NCBI RefSeq assembly: GCF_006345805.1
Contig: NC_043011.1
Location: forward strand, 40,622,464-40,686,463
Origin: Octopus sinensis
Lineage: Eukaryota
Reading direction: 5' to 3'
Length of the DNA stretch: 64,000 nt
In this document: piece by piece, positions 1 to 10,765 of the stretch
Position numbering within the stretch: position 1 is the stretch's first letter
Layout of the letters: every line of letters starts with the position of its first letter
Notes under the pieces: generated by a model
Told to the model about the DNA's origin: nothing
Database searches by the model: none
What the model saw: only the letters and a program-made list of their open reading frames with translations
Translations under genes and position numbers: made by a program

Positions 1-525
1 GTCTTTATGTTCTGAGTTCAAATTCCGCCGAGGTCGACTTTCCTATTCATCCTTTCGGGGTCGATTAAATAAGTACCAGTTACGCACTGGGATCGATATA
101 ATCGACTTAATCCGTTTGCCTGTCCTTGTTTGTCCTCTCTGTGTTTAGCCCCTTGTGGGTAGTAAAGAAATAGGTATTTCGTCTGTCTTTATGTTCTGAA
201 TTCAAATTCTGCCGAGGTCGACTTTGCCTTTCATCCTTTCGAAGTCGATTAAATAAGTACCAGTTACACACTGGGATCTATATAATCGACTTAATCCGTT
301 TGTCTGTCCTTGTTTGTCCTCTCTGTGTTTAGCCTCTTGTGGGTAGTAAAGAAATAGGTATTTCGTCTGTTTTTACGTTCTGAGTTCAAATTCTGCTAAG
401 GTGGACTTTGACTTTCATCCTTATTGGGTCGATAAATTAAGTATCAGTTGCGTACTGGTGTCGATCTAATCAACTCGCTCCCTTCCCCAAAATTTCGAGC
501 CTTGTGCCTAGAGTAGAAAAGAATA
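1..525 (+). repeat. Tandem array (~2.7 units, 184-bp period) of SINE family A bodies ending in the SINE tail; runs off the window start
   Basis: GTATTTCGTCTG recurs at 174 and 358. Each unit has B-box-like GAGTTCAAATTC and GGTCGACTTTGCCTTTCATCC. The tail CCCCAAAATTTCGAGCCTTGTGCCTAGAGTAGAAAAG is at ~484-520. Confidence 0.85.
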
Positions 526-620
526 TTATATATATATATACATACATACATATCAAAAACATATGTGTATATATATATATATATACATATCAAAAATATA
601 TATATATATATACATCACAA

Positions 621-662
<42 letters not shown>

Positions 663-1041
663 GCGTGTGTGTATACACACACATGTATAAATCATATAAC
701 CTCCATTTAATTATAAATATGCAACACTATGCTCACTGGTAATCGTTGTACAGCTTTAAATTACTTCGGAATTACTAACTAATTACTATATCTAAACGAG
801 GAATAGTTTTACACGAATCTTCATCGAAATATTTTAATTCCCACTAAACAGATTTCAAGTGTTCACAAACTCGCTATAAACACAACAAACATTAACTTCT
901 GTAATTCTTTTCATCATCTGTTCTTACGTGCATAGATTTTGTTGCTTTTGGGTTTACCGAACAACGATGTAAAACCGCCATTTTGATTGTTCCGTTTATC
1001 TGTTTCATTTCCTTTTAATGTAACTTTATATGCGCGCGCGC

Positions 1042-1076
<35 letters not shown>

Positions 1077-1624
1077 CGAGCGTGTGTGTGCTGAACACTT
1101 GTGTGTATGCGTTCGTTATTTGTATGTATATATCTATGCATGTGTTCGCTTTGTATATGTGTCAATCTAAGCGTGCGTACGTACGTGGGTGCATGTTTGT
1201 GTTCGATGATTTCCTTTCCGTGTACGTTTGTTTGTGTATGTGCAGGTGTATATGTGCTTGGGTGCGCGCGTGTGTGTGTGTATTGGACATTGGTGGGTGT
1301 TTACGTTTGGTTGTGTACGCAAGCATACACCTGTCTTTGTTTAGAACGTGTATACAAGGTACTACACACAGGTATGTGTATCTCATGCATTTATGTGTAC
1401 GGTTGTGTACGTATGCGTGATGTGACTGTTTCATGCATCAGTGTGTGCATGCACGCGATCGTGTGTGTTTGTGTATGTATATATGTATATATAGATATAC
1501 ATATACGAGCAAAACGCCCCCCGTCCAATGGACGGTGCTGAGATGTCAAACATTTAAACTTGCGCGTACAAATGCACGTTCCCACGGCTTTATCGATCGC
1601 ATTCTCACCTGGAATCGACTATTG

Positions 1625-1770
1625 TAAATTTTTTCAAGACTTATACACGCCCTGATACCATCGGTATCTACATATCAAATTTGAGCACAATTGGATGGAG
1701 GATGCCCGAGATCCTAGAAGACACACACACAGACAGACAGAACGTATTTTATATATATATATATATATAT
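1625..1770 (-). mobile_element. 5' part of a non-autonomous Helitron-like element
   Basis: Reverse complement of 17590-17760. It starts in (TA)n followed by a (CTGT)n/(GT)n microsatellite, as in non-autonomous Helitron/DINE-type repeats. Confidence 0.45.
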
Positions 1771-1782
1771 GTAATTTAGGGT

Positions 1783-1937
1783 ATCTAAGAGGTATCCACG
1801 CTGGAAAGTGCAGCCAAAACCTGACTCTAAAACCACATTAAATGTTTATACACTTCTCTCCTGGTGCTGTATGAACAGTTAATGTGGTTTTAGAGTCCAG
1901 TTTTGGCTGCTATTTCCAGCGTGGAGGTATCTCTTAG
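1783..1937. repeat. Long hairpin (~58-bp arms)
   Basis: TCTAAGAGGTATCCACGCTGGAAAGTGCAGCCAAAACCTGACTCTAAAACCACATTAA is mirrored by TTAATGTGGTTTTAGAGTCCAGTTTTGGCTGCTATTTCCAGCGTGGAGGTATCTCTTAGA. Confidence 0.85.
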
Positions 1938-2098
1938 AAATACGGAATTATAATTTTAATAATAATTATAACCTTTGAATGTTTTTATTCCCATGCTGGC
2001 CACTTGATAAGATCGATATTTAAATTAACGGTCTTATCCATATTTATGTAAATTTATATATATACATATAGGGTATTTCTCTCTCTCTCTATATATAT

Positions 2099-2726
2099 AT
2101 ATAATATTAATTAGAGACAAAACCACTATTATGCAAATCAAACAAAGAAAGACTTAATCCAATACATAAAAAAATTTATATAAATTAAATATAATTAAGA
2201 TTAATTAAGATATCCACTACGATCGTTTCTTGTCACTTCAATGGACATTCATCAGGTGGTTTCAAGGCCTAAAATATAATCAATATTTTTACGATATAAA
2301 TTTGAAATGACTAATATATATAAAATATAAAATTATCAATGAAAATATATATAATAATCAAGAAGTAAAATAACCTCTATAAACGATTGTATATAATGAA
2401 ACCTAGTATTTAAATTCTCATATTTAAAGATGAAATAGCTAATTTCAAAAAACAAAAAACAAAAAATAAAAAATATATATATACACACTTGCTCATGCAC
2501 ATATATCCATGTATGTATATAAACATATCTAAATACATACACAAACTCACACACACATATATATATATCTATACATACACATAAATATATAGACAAAGAT
2601 AAATTTATAATGTAGCCGTATACTTTTACACATTACTTATTCATACTCCCCCACACACACATACAATCTCTCATTCATAAACAAATTCTCTCAGCATGAT
2701 AATAACACAGAGGTAATATAACATCT
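2099..2726 (-). repeat. Left arm of a ~625-bp inverted repeat (Penelope pseudo-LTR-like)
   Basis: Near-perfect reverse complement of 4411-5040; the ORF track gives the same 86-aa peptide from both arms. Confidence 0.85.
2214..2259 (-). ncRNA. Minimal type I hammerhead ribozyme motif
   Basis: Minus strand reads CCAC CUGAUGA A UGUC CAUUGAAGU GACA A GAAA CGAUCG UA GUGG: canonical core, stem I CCAC/GUGG, stem II UGUC/GACA, palindromic stem III ACGAUCGU. Confidence 0.85.
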
Positions 2727-2958
2727 AGTAGCCGCAGATACTCAACCACAAACTTATAGAAATATTTCATTCTTAGTAAAATATTAAATACTATATACTA
2801 TATATGTAATAACCATATATAAATACGTAAACAAACACACACACATATATATTCTATATACTAAATGCATTTAATAAACATATATAAATACGTAAACAAA
2901 CGCACACACACGTATATATTTATACATACAAAAATACATAAAGACAATATTTCTACAC

Positions 2959-4319
2959 ATAAGATGCACCAAGTGTAAGCTATGGACACATAAGAGATGC
3001 AGCAATGTCAAAGGAAGGCTAACTAGGAAGATGGTTTTTGTATGTGGCAGATGCTCAGGAACAATAAACACTGAAAATGCTCTGAGACCAACTTCCGTCA
3101 CTTTCCAGGGAGAAAAACTAGAAATAGTTGATAGTTTCCGTTACCTAGGTGACCAAGTCAGCAGCGGGGGTGGGTGTGCTGAAAGTGTAACTGCTAGAGT
3201 AAGAATAGCTTGGGCAAAGTTCAGAGAGCTCTTACCTCTGCTGGTGACAAAAGGCCTCTCGCACAGAGTGAAAGGCAGACTGTATGATGCGTGTGTACGA
3301 ACAGCCATGCTACATGGCAGTGAAACATGGGCCGTGACTGCTGAGGATATGCGTAAGCTCGCTAGAAATGAAGCCAGTATGCTCCGATGGATGTGTAATG
3401 CCGGTACTCACACTCGGCAGAGTGTAAGTACCTTGAGAGAAAAGCTGGACCTAAGAAGCATCAGTTGTGGTGTGCAAGAGAGACGTTTGCGCTGGTATGG
3501 TCATGTGGCGAGAATGGATGAAGATAGTTGTGTGAAAAAGTGCCACACCCTAGCGGTTGAGGGAACCTGTGGAAGAGGCAGACCCAGGAAAACCTGGGAC
3601 GAGGTGTGAAGCACGACCTTCGAACTTTAGGTCTCACTGAGGAAATGACTAGAGACCGAGACCTCTGGAAGTGTGCTGTGCGCGAGAAGACCCGGCAGGA
3701 CAAGTGAGTCCACAACCCGTGGCCTTCTACATGGGATGGAGCCAGCCTACGTATGCATACCTTCCCTTCTTGGGACACAAAACTCTACTTGTGAAGACGT
3801 GTTGAGGCAAGTGAGGATCAGAATCGAAATCGATCAATGGAAATTGCGGATGTGCTACCAGTGCCGGTGGCATGTCGAAACTCTGCTTGTGAAGACCCAT
3901 TGAGGCAAGTGAGGATCAGAATCGAAATCGATCAATGGAAATCGATCAATGGAAATTGCAGATGTGTTACCAGTGCCGGTGGCATGTAAGAGAACTTTCC
4001 GTTTCGCGACCGTTGCCAGCACCGCCCCGTTTCGTGTCCGTTGCCAGCCTCGCCTGGCCCTCGTGCCGTTGGCACATAAAAAGCACCATCCGTTCGTGGC
4101 CGTTTGCCAGCTCTGTCTGGCACCAGTGCGGGTGGCACGTAAAAAGCACCCACTACACTCACGGAGTGGTTGGTGTTAGGAAGGGCATCCAGCCGTAGAA
4201 ACACTGCCAGATTTGACTGGGCCTGATGAAGCCTTCTGGCTTCACAGACCCCAGTAGAACCGTCCAACCCATGCTAGCATGGAAAACGGACGCTAAATGA
4301 TGATGATGATGATGATGAT
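2959..4319 (+). mobile_element. 5'-truncated RTE-clade LINE (post-RT C-terminal ORF2 region, 3' UTR, (TGA)n tail)
   Basis: ORF 3031-3609 has RTE hallmarks: F.YLG, ARVRIAWAKFREL, GRLYDACVRTAMLHGSETW, RLRWYGHVARM, GRGRPRKTW. A CxxC..WxHxxC module lies upstream. It ends AACCCATGCTAGCATGGAAAACGGACGCTAAA(TGA)n. Confidence 0.9.
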
Positions 4320-4410
4320 TAATAATGCATAGTCACACACACACACATACAATCAATCATTCATACATAACCGTATTCACACTGCAAAATTCTAACACAG
4401 AGGAGGAACT

Positions 4411-5040
4411 GGATGTTATATTTCCTCTGTGTTATTATCATGCTGAGAGAATTTGTTTATGAATGAGAGATTGTATGTGTGTGTGGGGGAGTATGAATAT
4501 GTAATGTGTAGAAGTATACGGCTACATTATAAATTTATCTTTGTCTATATGTTTATGTATATGTATATATATATATATATATATGTGTGTGAGTTTGTGT
4601 ATGTATTTAGATATGTTTATATACATACATGGATATATGTGCATGAGCAAGTGTGTATATATATATTTTTTATTTTTTGTTTTTTGTTTTTTGAAATTAG
4701 CTATTTCATCTTTAAATATGAGAATTTAAATACTAGGTTTCATTATATACAATCGTTTATAGAGGTTATTTTACTTCTTGATTATTATATATATTTTCAT
4801 TGATAATTTTATATTTTATATATATTAGTCATTTCAAATTTATATCTTAAAAATATTGATTATATTTTAGGTCTTGAAACCACCTGATGAATGTCCATTG
4901 AAGTGACAAGAAACGATCGTAGTGGATATCTTAATTAATCTTAATTATATTTAATTTATATAAAATTTTTATGTATTGGATTAAGTCTTTCTTTGTTTGA
5001 TTTGCATAATAGTGGTTTTGTCTCTAATTAATATTATATT
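4411..5040 (+). repeat. Right arm of the ~625-bp inverted repeat
   Basis: Reverse complement of 2099-2726. Confidence 0.85.
4880..4925 (+). ncRNA. Minimal type I hammerhead ribozyme motif
   Basis: CCAC CTGATGA A TGTC CATTGAAGT GACA A GAAA CGATCG TA GTGG; predicted cleavage after 4921. Confidence 0.85.
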
Positions 5041-5836
5041 ATATTTTACTATAAAATTGGATTCAATCCTAAATCTGATTTTTCCCTGTAAATTTGGATT
5101 TATTCCCTAATATTTATTATTATATATATATATGTATATATATATATAGGGTATGTGTGTGTTGGATATTTATGTGTATATGCAATTGTGGCTACGTATG
5201 TGCAAGTGCACCTGTGTGCCCTGTACATGCGTCTGTGCAAGCAAAACTGTGTACGAATGGTGGACATGTGCGTGTGTGTATGAAGTGGACATGTATGTGC
5301 GCGTATGTGTGTGAGTGTGTGTGTGAGCGTGTGTGTATGTGTGTGTGTGTGTGTGCGCGCTTAGATTTTACAATTCAGAAAATCACACTAAAAGGATAGA
5401 TTACCACTAAAATTCATATTCTTTGTCGTCAGCATATTCATCGTCTCCCTCATCACCACTATCATCTTCATCTTTATCATCTTCATCGTCTTCGTCTTCT
5501 CCGGGGTCTTCACGAATTCGTCATCATATATATATATATATATATATAATTTCAACAATTGAGGGCAAAATTAATTAATTATTAATCAATTTCACCAAGT
5601 GTTCAGTATGCAAAGGGACCATTCAAGGCGAATTCAAATTATTACATTATATAGAAGGGCTTAGTAAAATAAATTACTTTGCCGCATACTGAACTCATTA
5701 GAAATAGCAGCTAAAAAACTTTTTTAAGGCTATTTCTAATACTTAAAGAAAATCTCTCTCATATATAGTGTTTGCTTAATTCAACTCACAAAAGTTTGGG
5801 GGTAAGGACATCGAAAAATCAAATGCTAAGGTTATT

Positions 5837-5888
5837 CGAGAACGTACGTTTCAAGATTAGTCAAAACAACATTTCTATCATCGGCTCA
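5837..5888 (-). ncRNA. Hammerhead motif, array unit 1
   Basis: Minus strand reads UGAG CCGAUGA U AGA AAU GUU GUUUU GAC UAA UCU U GAAA CGUACG UU CUCG. Core has U4C, stem III is the palindrome ACGUACGU, stem I is GAG/CUC plus a U-G pair. Confidence 0.75.
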
Positions 5889-6377
5889 GAAATTCCTTGG
5901 TTTGGATTTGGAAACACTGAAAATAAGAACATACCCTTTCGAAGATCTGCTCCCAACTAACAGTGCCAACAAATTCAAAATAAGCAAGCGAAGAATCTCT
6001 GTTCTCCCCTTTCCACCAGCGTGGGTAAAATCATCAACACTATGCTTATTTCGGTAAGATCCGAAGCATTAATCAGAGGGAGATTAATTATAATTTCAAC
6101 AATTGAGGGCAAAATTAATTAATTATTAATCAATTTCACAAGTGTTCAGTATGCAAAGGACCATTCAAGGCGAATTCAAATTATTACATTATATAGAGGG
6201 CTTAGTAAAATAAATTACTTTGCCGCATACTGAACTCATTAGAAATAGCAGCTAAAAAACTTTTTTAAGGCTATTTCTAATACTTAAAGAAAATCTCTCT
6301 CATATATAGTGTTTGCTTAATTCAACTCACAAAAGTTTGGGGGTAAGGACATCGAAAAATCAAATGCTAAGGTTATT

Positions 6378-6429
6378 CGAGAACGTACGTTTCAAGATTA
6401 GTCAAAACAACATTTCTATCATCGGCTCA
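6378..6429 (-). ncRNA. Hammerhead motif, array unit 2
   Basis: Same sequence as unit 1. Confidence 0.75.
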
Positions 6430-6922
6430 GAAATTCCTTGGTTTGGATTTGGAAACACTGAAAATAAGAACATACCTTTCGAAGATCTGCTCCCAACTAA
6501 CAGTGCCAACAAATTCAAAATAAGCAAGCGAAGAATCTCTGTTCTCCCCTTTCCACCAGCGTGGGTTAAAATCATCAACACTATGCTTATTTCGGTAAGA
6601 TCCGAAGCATTAATCAGAGGGAGATTAATTATAATTTCAACAATTGAGGGCAAAATTAATTAATTATTAATCAATTTCACCAAGTGTTCAGTATGCAAGG
6701 GACCACCATCAAGGCGAATTCAAATTATTACATTATATAGAAGGGCTTAGTAAAATAAATTACTTTGCCGCATACTGAACTCATTAGAAATAGCAGCTAA
6801 AAAACTTTTTTAAGGCTATTTCTAATACTTAAAGAAAATCTCTCTCATATATATTGTTTGCTTAATTCAACTCACAAAAGTTTGGGGGTAAGGACATCGA
6901 AAAATCAAATGCTAAGGTTATT

Positions 6923-6974
6923 CGAGAACGTACGTTTCAAGATTAGTCAAAACAACATTTCTATCATCGGCTCA
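6923..6974 (-). ncRNA. Hammerhead motif, array unit 3
   Basis: Same sequence as unit 1. Confidence 0.75.
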
Positions 6975-7465
6975 GAAATTCCTTGGTTTGGATTTGGAAA
7001 CACTGAAAATAAGAACATACCCTTCGAAGATCTGCTCCAACTAACAGTGCCAACAAATTCAAAATAAGCAAGCGAAGAATCTCTGTTCTCCCCTTCCACC
7101 AGCGTGGGTTAAAATCATCAAACACTATGCTTATTTCGGTAAGATCCGAAGCATTAATCAGAGGGAGATTAATTATAATTTCAACAATTGAGGGCAAAAT
7201 TAATTAATTATTAATCAATTTCACCAAGTGTTCAGTATGCAAAGGGACCATTCAAGGCGAATTCAAATTATTACATTATATAGAAGGGCTTAGTAAAATA
7301 AATTACTTTGCCGCATACTGAACTCATTAGAAATAGCAGCTAAAAAACTTTTTTAAGGCTATTTCTAATACTTAAAGAAAATCTCTCTCATATATAGTGT
7401 TTGCTTAATTCAACTCACAAAAGTTTGGGGGTAAGGACATCGAAAAATCAAATGCTAAGGTTATT

Positions 7466-7517
7466 CGAGAACGTACGTTTCAAGATTAGTCAAAACAACA
7501 TTTCTATCATCGGCTCA
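7466..7517 (-). ncRNA. Hammerhead motif, array unit 4
   Basis: Same sequence as unit 1. Confidence 0.75.
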
Positions 7518-8012
7518 GAAATTCCTTGGTTTGGATTTGGAAACACTGAAAATAAGAACATACCTTTCGAAGATCTGCTCCAACTAACAGTGCCAACAAA
7601 TTCAAAATAAGCAAGCGAAGAATCTCTGTTCTCCCCTTTCCACCAGCGTGGGTTAAAATCATCAAACACTATGCTTATTTCGGTAAGATCCGAAGCATTA
7701 ATCAGAGGGAGATTAATTATAATTTCAACAATTGAGGGCAAAATTAATTAATTATTAATCAATTTCACCAAGTGTTCAGTATGCAAAGGGACCATTCAAG
7801 GCGAATTCAAATTATTACATTATATAGAAGGGCTTAGTAAAATAAATTACTTTGCCGCATACTGAACTCATTAGAAATAGCAGCTAAAAAAAAACTTTTT
7901 TAAGGCTATTTCTAATACTTAAAGAAAATCTCTCTCATATATAGTGTTTGCTTAATTCAACTCACAAAAGTTTGGGGGTAAGGACATCGAAAAATCAAAT
8001 GCTAAGGTTATT

Positions 8013-8064
8013 CGAGAACGTACGTTTCAAGATTAGTCAAAACAACATTTCTATCATCGGCTCA
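8013..8064 (-). ncRNA. Hammerhead motif, array unit 5
   Basis: Same sequence as unit 1. Confidence 0.75.
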
Positions 8065-8556
8065 GAAATTCCTTGGTTGGATTTGGAAACACTGAAAATA
8101 AGAACATACCCTTTCGAAGATCTGCTCCCAACTAACAGTGCCAACAAATTCAAAATAAGCAAGCGAAGAATCTCTGTTCTCCCCTTTCCACCAGCGTGGG
8201 TTAAAATCATCAACACTATGCTTATTTCGGTAAGATCCGAAGCATTAATCAGAGGGAGATTAATTATAATTTCAACAATTGAGGGCAAAATTAATTAATT
8301 ATTAATCAATTTCACCAAGTGTTCAGTATGCAAAGGGACCATTCAAGGCGAATTCAAATTATTACATTATATAGAAGGGCTTAGTAAAATAAATTACTTT
8401 GCCGCATACTGAACTCATTAGAAATAGCAGCTAAAAAACTTTTTTAAGGCTATTTCTAATACTTAAAGAAAATCTCTCTCATATATAGTGTTTGCTTAAT
8501 TCAACTCACAAAAGTTTGGGGGTAAGGACATCGAAAAATCAAATGCTAAGGTTATT

Positions 8557-8608
8557 CGAGAACGTACGTTTCAAGATTAGTCAAAACAACATTTCTATCA
8601 TCGGCTCA
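8557..8608 (-). ncRNA. Hammerhead motif, array unit 6
   Basis: Same sequence as unit 1. Confidence 0.75.
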
Positions 8609-9101
8609 GAAATTCCTTGGTTTGGATTTGGAAACACTGAAAATAAGAACATACCCTTTCGAAGATCTGCTCCCAACTAACAGTGCCAACAAATTCAAAA
8701 TAAGCAAGCGAAGAATCTCTGTTCTCCCCTTTCCACCAGCGTGGGTTAAAATCATCAACACTATGCTTATTTCGGTAAGATCCGAAGCATTAATCAGAGG
8801 GAGATTAATTATAATTTCAACAATTGAGGGCAAAATTAATTAATTATTAATCAATTTCACCAAGTGTTCAGTATGCAAAGGGACCATTCAAGGCGAATTC
8901 AAATTATTACATTATATAGAAGGGCTTAGTAAAATAAATTACTTTGCCGCATACTGAACTCATTAGAAATAGCAGCTAAAAAACTTTTTTAAGGCTATTT
9001 CTAATACTTAAAGAAAATCTCTCTCATATATAGTGTTTGCTTAATTCAACTCACAAAAGTTTGGGGGTAAGGACATCGAAAAATCAAATGCTAAGGTTAT
9101 T

Positions 9102-9153
9102 CGAGAACGTACGTTTCAAGATTAGTCAAAACAACATTTCTATCATCGGCTCA
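9102..9153 (-). ncRNA. Hammerhead motif, array unit 7
   Basis: Same sequence as unit 1. Confidence 0.75.
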
Positions 9154-9647
9154 GAAATTCCTTGGTTTGGATTTGGAAACACTGAAAATAAGAACATACC
9201 CTTTCGAAGATCTGCTCCCAACTAACAGTGCCAACAAATTCAAAATAAGCAAGCGAAGAATCTCTGTTCTCCCCTTTCCACCAGCGTGGGTTAAAATCAT
9301 CAAACACTATGCTTATTTCGGTAAGATCCGAAGCATTAATCAGAGGGAGATTAATTATAATTTCAACAATTGAGGGCAAAATTAATTAATTATTAATCAA
9401 TTTCACCAAGTGTTCAGTATGCAAAGGGACCATTCAAGGCGAATTCAAATTATTACATTATATAGAAGGGCTTAGTAAAATAAATTACTTTGCCGCATAC
9501 TGAACTCATTAGAAATAGCAGCTAAAAAACTTTTTTAAGGCTATTTCTAATACTTAAAGAAAATCTCTCTCATATATAGTGTTTGCTTAATTCAACTCAC
9601 AAAAGTTTGGGGGTAAGGACATCGAAAAATCAAATGCTAAGGTTATT

Positions 9648-9699
9648 CGAGAACGTACGTTTCAAGATTAGTCAAAACAACATTTCTATCATCGGCTCA
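9648..9699 (-). ncRNA. Hammerhead motif, array unit 8
   Basis: Same sequence as unit 1. Confidence 0.75.
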
Positions 9700-10192
9700 G
9701 AAATTCCTTGGTTTGGATTTGGAAACACTGAAAATAAGAACATACCCTTTCGAAGATCTGCTCCCAACTAACAGTGCCAACAAATTCAAAATAAGCAAGC
9801 GAAGAATCTCTGTTCTCCCCTTCCACCAGCGTGGGTTAAAATCATCAAACACTATGCTTATTTCGGTAAGATCCGAAGCATTAATCAGAGGGAGATTAAT
9901 TATAATTTCAACAATTGAGGGCAAAATTAATTAATTATTAATCAATTTCACCAAGTGTTCAGTATGCAAAGGGACCATTCAAGGCGAATTCAAATTATTA
10001 CATTATATAGAAGGGCTTAGTAAAATAAATTACTTTGCCGCATACTGAACTCATTAGAAATAGCAGCTAAAAAACTTTTTTAAGGCTATTTCTAATACTT
10101 AAAGAAAATCTCTCTCATATATAGTGTTTGCTTAATTCAACTCACAAAAGTTTGGGGGTAAGGACATCGAAAAATCAAATGCTAAGGTTATT

Positions 10193-10244
10193 CGAGAACG
10201 TACGTTTCAAGATTAGTCAAAACAACATTTCTATCATCGGCTCA
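10193..10244 (-). ncRNA. Hammerhead motif, array unit 9
   Basis: Same sequence as unit 1. Confidence 0.75.
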
Positions 10245-10464
10245 GAAATTCCTTGGTTTGGATTTGGAAACACTGAAAATAAGAACATACCCTTTCGAAG
10301 ATCTGCTCCCAACTAACAGTGCCAACAAATTCAAAATAAGCAAGCGAAGAATCTCTGTTCTCCCCTTTCCACCAGCGTGGGTTAAAATCATCAAACACTA
10401 TATATATATATATAACGTAAGGAACACACGTCTGAAAATCAGCAACAGTCCGAGGGGTAGGAAG

Positions 10465-10765
10465 ATGAGGAAAAACTTTCTGGAAAGTCCAAGGTGGGGA
10501 GGAAGGACTTCTTGGTAAAGTCCGAGGTGGGAGGACTTCCGGTAAAAGACAGATGAGGGGGAGTGGAGGAAGGAATGGAAGGACTTTCTGAAAACTCCGA
10601 AGAGAGGATGGAGGGGAAAATTCCTGGAAAGTTCCGAAGAGGGGTGGAAGGTGATGAGGGGGAATTCCGAGGACTTCCTGGAAAGTTCCCAAGAGAAGAG
10701 GTGAAGCGGTTGTGAGAGATTTCCTGCAAAGTTCCCAAGAGCGGGGACTTCCCCGGAAGTTCAGA
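10465..10765. repeat. Degenerate purine-rich minisatellite built on GGACTTCCTGGAAAGTTCC
   Basis: About 7 variants of (GGACTT)YCTGGAAAGTTCCRAAGAG at ~35-50 bp spacing. Confidence 0.65.

Larger units (their letters stand above)
5545..10401 (-). repeat. Tandem array of ~8.9 near-identical ~545-bp units, each with a hammerhead motif (retrozyme/Penelope pLTR-like multimer)
   Basis: The same landmark falls at 5837, 6378, 6923, 7466, 8013, 8557, 9102, 9648 and 10193 (periods 541-547). Both ends abut (TA)n. Confidence 0.95.

Noticed and set aside
4223-4250. CTGATGA followed by a hairpin in the RTE 3' UTR
   Set aside because: No GAAA or stem III follows.
6040-6082. Possible second hammerhead per unit (minus strand CUGAUUA..CCGAAA)
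   Set aside because: G8 is changed without compensation, extra nucleotides precede stem II, and stems I and III do not form; it is better explained as a plain hairpin.
5772-10518. Repeated MLNSTHKS.. and MPSIVEII.. ORFs in the 545-bp units as a tandem gene family
   Set aside because: They start at non-ATG codons, are broken by unit-specific frameshifts, occur on both strands and show no recognisable domain.
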